Below, piece by piece: positions 52,053 to 60,415 of a stretch of 64,000 bases of DNA (within the stretch, counting starts at the first letter, position 1; every line of letters starts with the position of its first letter). The DNA comes from Gemmatimonadales bacterium (GTDB lineage: Bacteria; Gemmatimonadota; Gemmatimonadetes; Gemmatimonadales; GWC2-71-9), in NCBI GenBank assembly GCA_041390205.1, contig JAWKQJ010000008.1, forward strand, positions 5,842 to 69,841, read 5' to 3'. The notes beneath the pieces were generated by a model. That model saw nothing but the letters and a program-made list of their open reading frames with translations. It was not told where the DNA came from and searched no databases. Both the position numbers and the translations under genes were made by a program.

Positions 52053-52937
52053 TCAGGGCCGCTCGACCGGGAGATCTGCCCGGGAGCTCCAGTCGGCCAT
52101 CGAGCCGACGTAGAGGCGCGCGCGCCGGCCGAGCACGCGGGCCACGAAGTAGAGGTGACTGGCCCGCATTCCGACCGTACAGTAGGCCACCACCTCGCGA
52201 TCGGGGGTCGCGCCGTTCGCGACGAGAAGGCGCTCGAGCTCCGGGCGAGGCTTGAGCCGGGCGCCCTCCGGAGGGTTGTCGGCCTCCGGACCGGTCGCGG
52301 GCACCTCGCCGGTCAGGGTCGCGACCCAGTGGAGATGCCGGGCGCCGGGAATGTGGCCCGCCCGCTCGACGCCGACGTCGCTCTGGCCCCGATACTCGGC
52401 GGCGGTCCGCGCGTCGAGCAACGCGGGCGCGGTCGAGCCGCGCCTGGCCGCGATCCACTCGGCGTCGACCACCAGGTCCGCCCGCACCCGCGGCTCGAAG
52501 CGCGCCCGCTTCGGCGCGGCGGCGGGTGTCGTGCTCACCTTGCCGCCGGCGGCCCGCCAGGCCGCGAGGCCGCCATCGAGGACGGCGGTGCGCGGGGCGT
52601 GCCCGAGGTAGTCGAGGGCAACGAAGACGAGCGCGGTCGCCATCGGGTCGCCGACCAGCACCACGCGGGTCGTGTTCGAGACGCCGAGCGCTTCGAAGGC
52701 GCCGACCAGGTCGGCGACGGGCAAGAGCCGGTCGCCCGCCTGATGGCCGTGAAAGCGCATCACGTCGGCGAAGCGCGCGCCGGGAACGTGCCCGGCGTCG
52801 TACTCGGCCTCGGACATCGAGGTGTGCAGCACCACCAGGTCCGGACGGTCGAGCTCGCGGCGGAGGGCCTCAGCGGAGACCACGAACGAGTCGCTCGGCG
52901 CCACCAGCAGCGTCGCCAGGCCAAACGCCGCGATCAC
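52053..52937 (-). CDS. Double-rhodanese sulfurtransferase, paralog 2
   Basis: GTG at 52937 in a GTGA overlap gives 294 aa. Short hydrophobic N-terminus. Active-site loop AYCTVGMRA. Confidence 0.75.
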   Translation of the reverse strand: MIAAFGLATLLVAPSDSFVVSAEALRRELDRPDLVVLHTSMSEAEYDAGHVPGARFADVMRFHGHQAGDRLLPVADLVGAFEALGVSNTTRVVLVGDPMATALVFVALDYLGHAPRTAVLDGGLAAWRAAGGKVSTTPAAAPKRARFEPRVRADLVVDAEWIAARRGSTAPALLDARTAAEYRGQSDVGVERAGHIPGARHLHWVATLTGEVPATGPEADNPPEGARLKPRPELERLLVANGATPDREVVAYCTVGMRASHLYFVARVLGRRARLYVGSMADWSSRADLPVERP

Positions 52938-53818
52938 CGGTCCGACCCCTCGGGGCCCTCGACCGGCAGGTCGGTCCGCCGCGCCCAGTCCTGGAACGAG
53001 CCGTCGTAGAGCGACGCATCGAGCCCGACGAGACGCGCCGCGAACCAGACCAGCGTCGCCTGCTGCCCGATGTGACAGTAGGCGATGACGCGCTTGCCGT
53101 TGCCGGCCCCGGCCGCCCGGAAGAGCCGCTCCAGCTCCGGCTTCGACTTGAGGAGTCCGTCCTGGCCCACGAGGGAGACGAACGGCAGGCTCTTGGCGTG
53201 CGGAATGTGACCGTTGCGCCCTTGCCGGGTCTCGCCGCCCTCGTAGAAGCGCTGTGCGCGCGCGTCGATCAGCGCCCCCGCGGGATCGTCGATCGCGGCT
53301 CGGACCTCCTTGGCGCCCACGACCACGCTCGGATCCACCCGCGGGGTGAAGTGACCCCGCTTCGGATTCGGCACCTCGGTGGTCACCTCGCGGCCGGCGG
53401 CCTTCCAGGCCTCGAGGCCCCCGTCGAGAAACGCCACCCGCCCGGCCAGGCCGGCCCACTCGAGCACCAGCGCCGTCCGAGAGGTCGGGGTGAAATACTC
53501 CTGCGCGAGCACCAGCACGATCTTCGAGTCGTCGGAGACGCCTTTGGCCTCGAGCACCGAGTCGAGCACTCCGATCTCGGGCAGCTCGAGGGTGAGGCCG
53601 CCTTCGGACGGCGGCGCGGACAGCTCGCGCCACGGATGGACGAACTGCGAGCCCGGGATGTGTCCGGCGTCGTACGCCGGCTTCGACCGGTCGTCACCGA
53701 TCTGAAAGAGCACCAGCTTCGGGTCGGCGAGATGCGCCGCCAGCCAGTCCACCGTCACCACCCGGGGAATTTCCGGCGGCTGGGCCAGCAGGGGCAGCGC
53801 GAGCAGCAGGGGCCACAT
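52934..53818 (-). CDS. Secreted double-rhodanese sulfurtransferase, paralog 1
   Basis: 294 aa with signal MWPLLLALPLLAQP. Active-site loop AYCHIGQQA. Confidence 0.85.
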   Translation of the reverse strand: MWPLLLALPLLAQPPEIPRVVTVDWLAAHLADPKLVLFQIGDDRSKPAYDAGHIPGSQFVHPWRELSAPPSEGGLTLELPEIGVLDSVLEAKGVSDDSKIVLVLAQEYFTPTSRTALVLEWAGLAGRVAFLDGGLEAWKAAGREVTTEVPNPKRGHFTPRVDPSVVVGAKEVRAAIDDPAGALIDARAQRFYEGGETRQGRNGHIPHAKSLPFVSLVGQDGLLKSKPELERLFRAAGAGNGKRVIAYCHIGQQATLVWFAARLVGLDASLYDGSFQDWARRTDLPVEGPEGSDR

Positions 53819-53939
53819 GGATCGTCTCCTGGTCGTCCGGATGTGGAGCCCTACGGGTCCGGCGGCCGGCTCGGATCGGGTTACGCAGCGAAACCCCGCC
53901 CTGATGCAGCGAATGGGTGGTCCCGTGCCGTCTCGGGGC

Positions 53940-54743
53940 TCAAAGCGCCTGGCCGAGCTGCGCCTCGAGCGCGGCGCGCCGGCTCCGGCTCAGCCGAACC
54001 CGCGCCCCGGTTCGCAGCAGCAGCACCAGATCGCCGTGCGGCGTCGGCTGGACTTCCTGGACCCGCTCGAGATTGACCACGGCCGAGCGATGGGCCCGGA
54101 AGAAGGCGCCCGGATCGAGTCGCCGCTCCAGGTTGGAGAGCGACTCGCGGATCACGTGGGTCCGGGTGCCGACGTGGACTTTGACGCAGTAATCGGCGGC
54201 CTCGATCCAATCGATCTCCTCGACCGGGACGAACAGCCTGGTGCCCGTCTTCCGGACCACCAGCCGGGTGAGCCAGCTCTCCGCCGGCTCCGGATCGAGC
54301 GCCGCGGCCTCGGTCCCGCCAATCGAGGAGAGCAGGCCCACCAGCCGCTTGGCGAGATCGTCGGCCGAGGCCACCCGCGCGGCGCGCTTGCCCCGATCGA
54401 GGGCGGTCGCGAAGCGGCGATCGTCGAACGGCTTGAGCAGGTAGTCGACGGCGTTCACCTCGAACGCCCTGAGGGCGTACTCGTCATAGGCGGTGACGAA
54501 GACCACGACGGGCATCCGCTCGACGCCGACGGCACGGATCACCGCGAAGCCGTCGACCTCGGGCATCTGCACGTCGAGCAGCACCAGGTCGGGCTCGAGC
54601 TCCCGAATGGCGCGGATCGCCTGGGCTCCGTCGCTGGCGTCACCCACCAGCTCGACCTCCGGATCGCGGGCGAGGAGGGCGATCAGACCCGACCTGGCGA
54701 GCGGCTCGTCGTCGACCACCAGGACCCGCACCGGCTCGCTCAT
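53940..54743 (-). CDS. LytR/AlgR family response regulator (REC + LytTR)
   Basis: 267 aa: VLVVDDEPLAR..DLVLLDVQMPE.. receiver domain, with a C-terminal LytTR domain (FFRAHRSAVVNL). Confidence 0.9.
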   Translation of the reverse strand: MSEPVRVLVVDDEPLARSGLIALLARDPEVELVGDASDGAQAIRAIRELEPDLVLLDVQMPEVDGFAVIRAVGVERMPVVVFVTAYDEYALRAFEVNAVDYLLKPFDDRRFATALDRGKRAARVASADDLAKRLVGLLSSIGGTEAAALDPEPAESWLTRLVVRKTGTRLFVPVEEIDWIEAADYCVKVHVGTRTHVIRESLSNLERRLDPGAFFRAHRSAVVNLERVQEVQPTPHGDLVLLLRTGARVRLSRSRRAALEAQLGQAL

Positions 54744-55882
54744 CCGACGGCGAGCTCCAGGTCCGCGCTTCCGCCGACGGTGGTCCGCCGCAGCGGGATC
54801 TCCACCCGCGCGATGGTACGCCCCTCCTCCCGGCGATGACTCAAGCTCGCCGCAGCCCCGTACAGCTGGTCGATCCGACTCCTGGTGTTCCGAATCCCGA
54901 TACCCGGGCTGCTCTCCCGCTCGTTGGGTCGGGGCTCGAAGCCAGGGCCGTCGTCCTGCACCTCGAGTCGGAGGATCTCGCCGTCCGCCCGCGCCGAGAT
55001 CCCGAGCTCGCCGGCCCGGGCGCGCTTGGCGATCCCGTGTCGGATCGCGTTCTCGACCAGCGGCTGGAGCACCAGCGACGGCACCTCGGCGTCGAGCAGA
55101 TCGGGTGGGACGTCGATCGTCACCCGCAACCGGTCGGCGAAGCGGGTTCGCTCGATCTCGAGGTAGCGCTCGATGAAGACCAGCTCGTTCCGGAGACTGG
55201 TCTCCTGGGGCGGCGAGTCCACCAGCACGTGGCGGAGCAGCTCGGAGAGACCGGCCAGCATCTCGACCGCCTGGGCGCCGTCGCCGCGACGCACCAGCAT
55301 CGCGATCGTGTTCATGGTGTTGAAGAGGAAATGCGGATTGAGCTGCATCCGGAGGGCGTCCAGCCGCGCTTCGGCCAGCTGGCGGCCAAGGGCTTCGGCG
55401 GTCAGCTCACGGTCGCGCATCCGGGCGTAGTAGTCGGTGGCGAGCACCGCGCCGAAGAGGACGCCGTACCCGGTGACCCCGACCGCGAGTCGGAAGATGA
55501 CGCCCTGGAAGTAGACCGTGAGAAACGCGCCGTCCGGAGTCGGGAAGGCGAGCAGGCGATGCGCGGCCAGCAGGAGGGCCTGGTGGGCCAGCACCGCCAG
55601 CAGCGCGGTGGTCACGTGCAGCGGGATCACCACGGCGAGTCGGCCGCGGACCAGGGGCCAGCGACGGATCGCCCAGTGCACGACGGGCGTGAAGAGGATC
55701 CAGAGGAACCAGACGGGCGCCTCTTTGGAGACGGCGTGCCAGACGGTCTTCCAGCCGTCCTCGACGTCGCCCAGCTGCATCACGGTCCAGTGCTGGGCCG
55801 AGGTGATCACCGCCAGCACCAGGGCGCCGATCAGGAGCGCCTTGAGGGTAGGGGTCCGGGAAACCGACGGAGGGCGGCTCAT
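54740..55882 (-). CDS. Sensor histidine kinase, LytS/YehU-type (His_kinase + HATPase_c)
   Basis: The internal ATG at 55882 gives 380 aa. About 4 N-terminal TM helices, LNPHFLFNTMNTI, LQPLVENAIRHG, DDGPGF. 4-nt overlap with the response regulator. Confidence 0.85.
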   Translation of the reverse strand: MSRPPSVSRTPTLKALLIGALVLAVITSAQHWTVMQLGDVEDGWKTVWHAVSKEAPVWFLWILFTPVVHWAIRRWPLVRGRLAVVIPLHVTTALLAVLAHQALLLAAHRLLAFPTPDGAFLTVYFQGVIFRLAVGVTGYGVLFGAVLATDYYARMRDRELTAEALGRQLAEARLDALRMQLNPHFLFNTMNTIAMLVRRGDGAQAVEMLAGLSELLRHVLVDSPPQETSLRNELVFIERYLEIERTRFADRLRVTIDVPPDLLDAEVPSLVLQPLVENAIRHGIAKRARAGELGISARADGEILRLEVQDDGPGFEPRPNERESSPGIGIRNTRSRIDQLYGAAASLSHRREEGRTIARVEIPLRRTTVGGSADLELAVG

Positions 55883-55983
55883 GGAGACCAAGCTAAGGCC
55901 CGGCCGGGGGCTGCGGGACCAGGGGTGCGGCGGCTGGGAGACTCCCGCCCGCGAACGGGCCGGAGACCAGGGCGAGCGGCGGC

Positions 55984-56907
55984 CTAGCCGCCCCGCTTGC
56001 CCTGGTTCGACTTGGCGAGCGCGCGCTCGAAGCAGCGGAGCACCCACCCGAAGCCGCCCGGCTCCCGAACCCCGCGGACCGTCTCGTTGGCATGGATCCG
56101 GAAGAGCCGCCCGAGCGCCGCGGTCGTCGGAAAGCCCACCGAGCGGGCCACCGCGGCGATCGGCTCGGTCGAGCGCTCCAGCCGGTAGGCGGCGGTCAGC
56201 AGGCGGCTCCACCGGACCAGCACGCTCACCGGCGGCATCCCACCCCGCTTGAGCTCCGCCGCCAGCTGCCGGGCCGTCAGGCCCATCGCCCGAGCCACCA
56301 GGGCCGCCGTGGGCTTGGCCGCCGCCCGGTCCAGGACGAACCGCACCACCGGCACCAAGGCCTCCGGCACCCGGCGGGCGAGCGCCTGGTCGGTGAGCTG
56401 CTGGAAGGTGACGTCGGTGGCCCGGGTGAGCGCGCTCAGGAGCCGCTCCTCGAGCTCGGACTCGTCGCGGAAGACCACCGCCGAGACGCCCGCCCGGGCC
56501 AGGTCGGCGAGGGCGCCGGCCGGCACCTGCCGGTCGCACCAGAGCACGATCGGGAGCGCCGGCCTGGCCGCGCGGATCTTGGCGACGGCGGCGGTGGTGC
56601 GGCCGTTCCAGCGGTCCGCCACGTCGACCACGACGCCCAAGGCGTGGCGCGACTCGGAGCGGACCACCAGGTCGTCCGGGTCGTCGCACCAGGCGATGTC
56701 ACCGAACGCGCGGCAGTACTCGGCAAAGCGCGGCCGAAGCCCCGCGTCGGCCAGCTGGACCAGGATGTGGTGGACCGAAGCGAAGCCCCGGGCTTCGAGC
56801 GCGCGCGGCCCCCGGCCGTTCCCACGCGGACGCGCGGGGGGACTCGACTGAGGACGACCCTCGCCATACCAGGCTGCGGCTCGCGCGGCTGTCGCGGATT
56901 CGGTCAT
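55984..56907 (-). CDS. Helix-turn-helix (AraC-like) transcriptional regulator with receiver-like N-terminal domain
   Basis: The internal ATG at 56907 gives 307 aa. The C-terminal part LVARAMGLTARQLAAELKRGG..IAAVARSVGFPTTAALGRLFR is a tandem HTH. Confidence 0.6.
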   Translation of the reverse strand: MTESATAARAAAWYGEGRPQSSPPARPRGNGRGPRALEARGFASVHHILVQLADAGLRPRFAEYCRAFGDIAWCDDPDDLVVRSESRHALGVVVDVADRWNGRTTAAVAKIRAARPALPIVLWCDRQVPAGALADLARAGVSAVVFRDESELEERLLSALTRATDVTFQQLTDQALARRVPEALVPVVRFVLDRAAAKPTAALVARAMGLTARQLAAELKRGGMPPVSVLVRWSRLLTAAYRLERSTEPIAAVARSVGFPTTAALGRLFRIHANETVRGVREPGGFGWVLRCFERALAKSNQGKRGG

Positions 56908-56925
56908 AGCTCCATTCGGTCCATC

Positions 56926-56955
56926 GCACTGCAGCGCCATGCACTGAAGTGCCAT
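56926..56955. promoter_or_regulatory. Tandem 15-bp direct repeat GCACTGCAGCGCCAT / GCACTGAAGTGCCAT
   Basis: 13 of 15 positions identical, starting 19 nt upstream of the HTH regulator ATG, with flanking CCATTCG copies at 56912 and 56952. Confidence 0.25.
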
Positions 56956-56989
56956 TCGACGCACCCGAGCCGCCGCACCCCCGATCCTT

Positions 56990-57015
56990 TGCGATTTGCC
57001 CATTGGACAATCGCA
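56990..57015. promoter_or_regulatory. Inverted repeat TGCGATT-N12-AATCGCA
   Basis: Perfect 7-bp arms, 83-108 nt upstream of the HTH regulator start. Confidence 0.25.
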
Positions 57016-57100
57016 CGACACCGGGCGGACGACGCCTAAGTGCTTGTTCCGCTGCCGGGTTCGGCCTCGGCGAGCGGCCTGCCCCGAGAGAGGGCAAGCC

Positions 57101-58433
57101 CTACGCCAGGGACGGCGGCCGTTGGTAGGGCTGAATTCCCGGACCGGCTGATCCGGTGGCTGATGAAAGGCCGGGACGCCGCCCAGCTCGATCGCCTGCC
57201 GGACCGCGTCTACGGCGGCTGCGGCCGATTCGCGCTCCCGCATGGACCTCGGCCAGCGGGCGGGTGCCCGGGTCGACCGGGTGGTCCCCGGCGCCACCAG
57301 CACCCGGACGCCAACCGCGGATCCACCCGATCGGCGGCGGCGCTGACGCCCGCCGCCGAGCTCCACGATGGTGGCCGATCGCGCGGGCTCGACCCGCGAC
57401 GACGCCGGCCGATCCGGCGGTCACCGCCACGACCACCGGGCAGCAGTCACGATCGAGCACGCGAGACCGCCGCCTGAGCCGATCAACTCGGCCGGAAGGT
57501 CTCTGCGGCGCTCGGCCGGTGCGGACCTCCGTACACGGCCGCGCTCCACGCAGCGGCGGGTCCGTCATCTTTCCGGAGACCAGCATCTCCGCGGCCAGCG
57601 CATGGGTGAGCTCCATCAGATCCGAAGGGCCCGAGCTCCTCGAGCCTGGCGATCGCCTCGGCCACCTCGAAGCGCGGCAGCTGCTTGGCGGCGACGCTGA
57701 GCGGCCGGTCCATGGCGGTCACCAGCCCGACGGTGCGACAGGCCGTTGGCCTCACCGAGTCCGATCATGGTCTCGCCGAGCTCGATGGTCCGGGCCGGCT
57801 CGGTCAGGAAGGCCCCGCTCCCGGTCTTCAAGTCGAGCACCAGGCCGGTCAGGTCCTCGGCGAGCTTCTTCGACATGATGCTCGCGGCGATCAGCGGGAT
57901 CGATTCGACCGTCCCGGTCACGTCGCGGAGCGCGTAGAGCTTCCGATCCGCCGGGACCAGCTCCCGCGTCTGCCCGATCATCACCACGCCCAGCGACTCG
58001 AGCTGCCGGCGCGCCGCGTCGAGGGAGAGATCGGTGCGGAAGCCGGGGATGCTCTCGAGCTTGTCGAGCGTGCCGCCGGTGTGGCCGAGCCCCCGACCCG
58101 AGATCATCGGCACCGCCACGCCGAGCGAGGCGAGCAGCGGCGCCAGCAGGAGCGAGGTCTTGTCCCCCACCCCGCCGATCGAGTGCTTGTCGGCCCGCGG
58201 CAGCGACAGGTCGGCCAGGGCGAAGCGATCGCCGGAGCCGAGCATCGCCTGGTGAGCGCGGCGAGCTCGGCCGGCTCGAGCCCTCCCCGGAAGACGATCG
58301 CCATCGCCAGCGCGGACATCTGATAGTCCGGGACGTCGCCGGCCACGTGTTCGCTCACCAGCGCGTCCCAATCCGACGGCGCCAGCGCGCCGCCGTCGCG
58401 CTTCCGCTCGATCAGACGGGGGACGCTGAGCAT
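57101..58433 (-). pseudogene. deoA: Thymidine/pyrimidine-nucleoside phosphorylase, at least 5 frameshifts
   Basis: Fragments in all three frames: MLSVPRLIERKRDGGAL..DYQMSALAMAIVFRG, DKHSIGGVGDKTSLLLAPLLA..SGRGLGHTGGTLDKLESIPGF, VGLVTAMDRPL, LMELTHALAAEML, IVELGGGR. The 3-prime end is approximate. Confidence 0.75.
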
Positions 58434-58465
58434 CGCCCGCCTCGGACCCGGGGATAGATTGCGAC

Positions 58466-59253
58466 ATGCTGCGCCTTGCCGGCACCGTGCTCCTGCTCCT
58501 GCTCCGATTCGGATCCTCCGCCGACGGTCAGTCACGCTCGAGCCCTCGAGGGCGCGGAGCGCGCCCGGCTCACCGCCCCGACAGCGCCCTCGCGCTCGCC
58601 GAGCGGGCGCTGGCGCTCGACACCCTCGACTACGAGGCGACCTGGCCGCCGTCCTTCGCCAGCGTCGAGCTCGGCCAGGACCCGCCCGAGCAGAAGCGGA
58701 CCGCGCGCCAGACTCGCTCTATCGTCTCGCCGAGCGCTACGCCCGCCGCGCGGTGACGATCGACTCGAACGACGTGCACGGCCTGTTCGCGCTCTCCATG
58801 GCGCTCGGCCGCGCGGCGCTGACCCGCGGCCCGCGGCAGCGGATCGCGATGGCGGGCGAGGTCTATCGCGCGGCCAGCCGGGCGCGGGCCCTCGCGCCCG
58901 ATCACGACGGCGTGCTCCACGTGCTCGGGCTCTGGCACGCGGAAGTGATGCGGACCTCGGGCTTCAACCGGTTCATGGCCCGGAATATCCTGGGGGGCAA
59001 GCTGCTCGGCCAGGCGAGCTGGGACAGCGCGGTGGCGCTGCTCTCCCAGGCCGTCGAGCGGGATCCCGATCGGATCTATCATCGACTGGACCTGGCGCGG
59101 GCGCTGGCGGACCGCAAGATGTACGAGGAGGCGCGGCATCAGCTGGATACCCTGCTGGCGTTACCGGACCGCTATCACGGACTCCGCTACCGGCGCGAGG
59201 CGGCCGCGCTGCTGGAGACGGTCGAGCGACGGTCGGGCGGCGGGCGCGCCTGA
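58466..59253 (+). pseudogene. Secreted helical-repeat hypothetical protein, frameshifted near 58690-58720
   Basis: The signal peptide MLRLAGTVLLLLLRFGSSA and ALALAERALALD are in one frame. DSLYRLAERYARRAVTIDSNDVHGLFAL..ARALADRKMYEEARHQLDTLLALP is in another. Confidence 0.45.
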
Positions 59254-59268
59254 GCGCGCCCGCGCCGC

Positions 59269-59644
59269 CTAACGTTCGATCCTGCGGCGCAGCCGGCGAG
59301 CGGCGCGGCCCGCGCGCTCGCCGAGCTCCTGGGTCGCTTCCTCGGCCCGGTCGCGCGCCTGGCCAGCCGGCGCCGGAGGCGGCGGCGGTCACCACCCTGC
59401 GCTCGGGAGCGAGGAGCAGCGCGGCCACGCCGCCGAGCACCGCGCCCACCGCGATGCCGAGCGCGAAGCCGCGCCGCTCGGTGCGAATCCGATCGGGCTC
59501 GACGACCTCGAAGGGGAGTCTGTCCTTGAATGCCAAGGACCGGAAGGTATCCCGGGAGTCGCGATCCACCAAGCCGGTCGGGCGCCTGCCGCGACCGAGG
59601 CCCGGCTTGGACCGACCCGACGGCGCCCCATCTTCCTCCGGCAT
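59269..59644 (-). pseudogene. YtxH-like small membrane protein, two frameshifts
   Basis: FALGIAVGAVLGGVAALLLAPERR is in frame 1, a short frame 2 segment follows, then RDRAEEATQELGERAGRAARRLRRRIER-stop in frame 3. Confidence 0.4.
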
Positions 59645-60415
59645 GAGCGCCCAACCCGTACGCCCTACTCGATCGACCCTGTCTCGCGCTTCCAGGGCCT
59701 GAGTCGAGGAGCTCGCAGAAGCTTGAGCGGCGCCGGCACCTCGCGATCATCGAGCTGCTGCGCGATCTCTCGAGCGCGCTCAACTACCGCGACATCGTCC
59801 AGACCGTGGCGCGCCGGATGGGCCTGGCGCTGGGTCTGACCGCTGCTCGGTCTTTCTGGCCGAGCGCTCGCGCGGCGCCGCCGTGCATCTGGTGGCGAGC
59901 TACGAAGACCTGAGCATCCGAGTCACGTCGTCGACCTCGCCGCCTATCCCGAGCCCGGGCCTCGACACCGGGCAGGTGGTGGCACATCCCGGACGCCGCC
60001 GCCGACCTCGGCGCTCCTGCCGGTCCAGCCGACCCTGGCGGGCCGCCGGGCACGTCGATCACGGTCCCCCGTCTGGAGTGAGCGTGCTGATCGGCGCGAT
60101 CTTCCTCCGGACCGACCATCAGCGCGCCGCTCTCGACGCGCCGGAGATCGAATGGGCCTCGGCTGGTGGCCGACGTCACCGCGAACGCCTTCTTTCGTAC
60201 CGCGAGCGTTTCAGCGGCTGCGCGGCCTGCGCGGTACAGAGTGGGCTCGCCGCCGACCGGAGCGGGCGGCGCTGGTGGAGTTCCTGCGCCAGACCCTCGA
60301 CGCCTTCGCCGCCCGCGAGGGGGAGCGCAGACGACCTGATCCTCCCTTGCTGCCGGCGCCGCCAGATCGAGCGGTCGTGGCGATGCGGGTGCTGGAGCGC
60401 GAAGCGACGCGATGA
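59643..60415 (+). pseudogene. GAF-like domain protein, multiple frameshifts
   Basis: The ATG at 59643 is divergent from the YtxH-like gene. Fragments are [76 protein letters not shown] and [15 protein letters not shown]. The stop overlaps the ligA ATG (ATGA). Confidence 0.4.
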
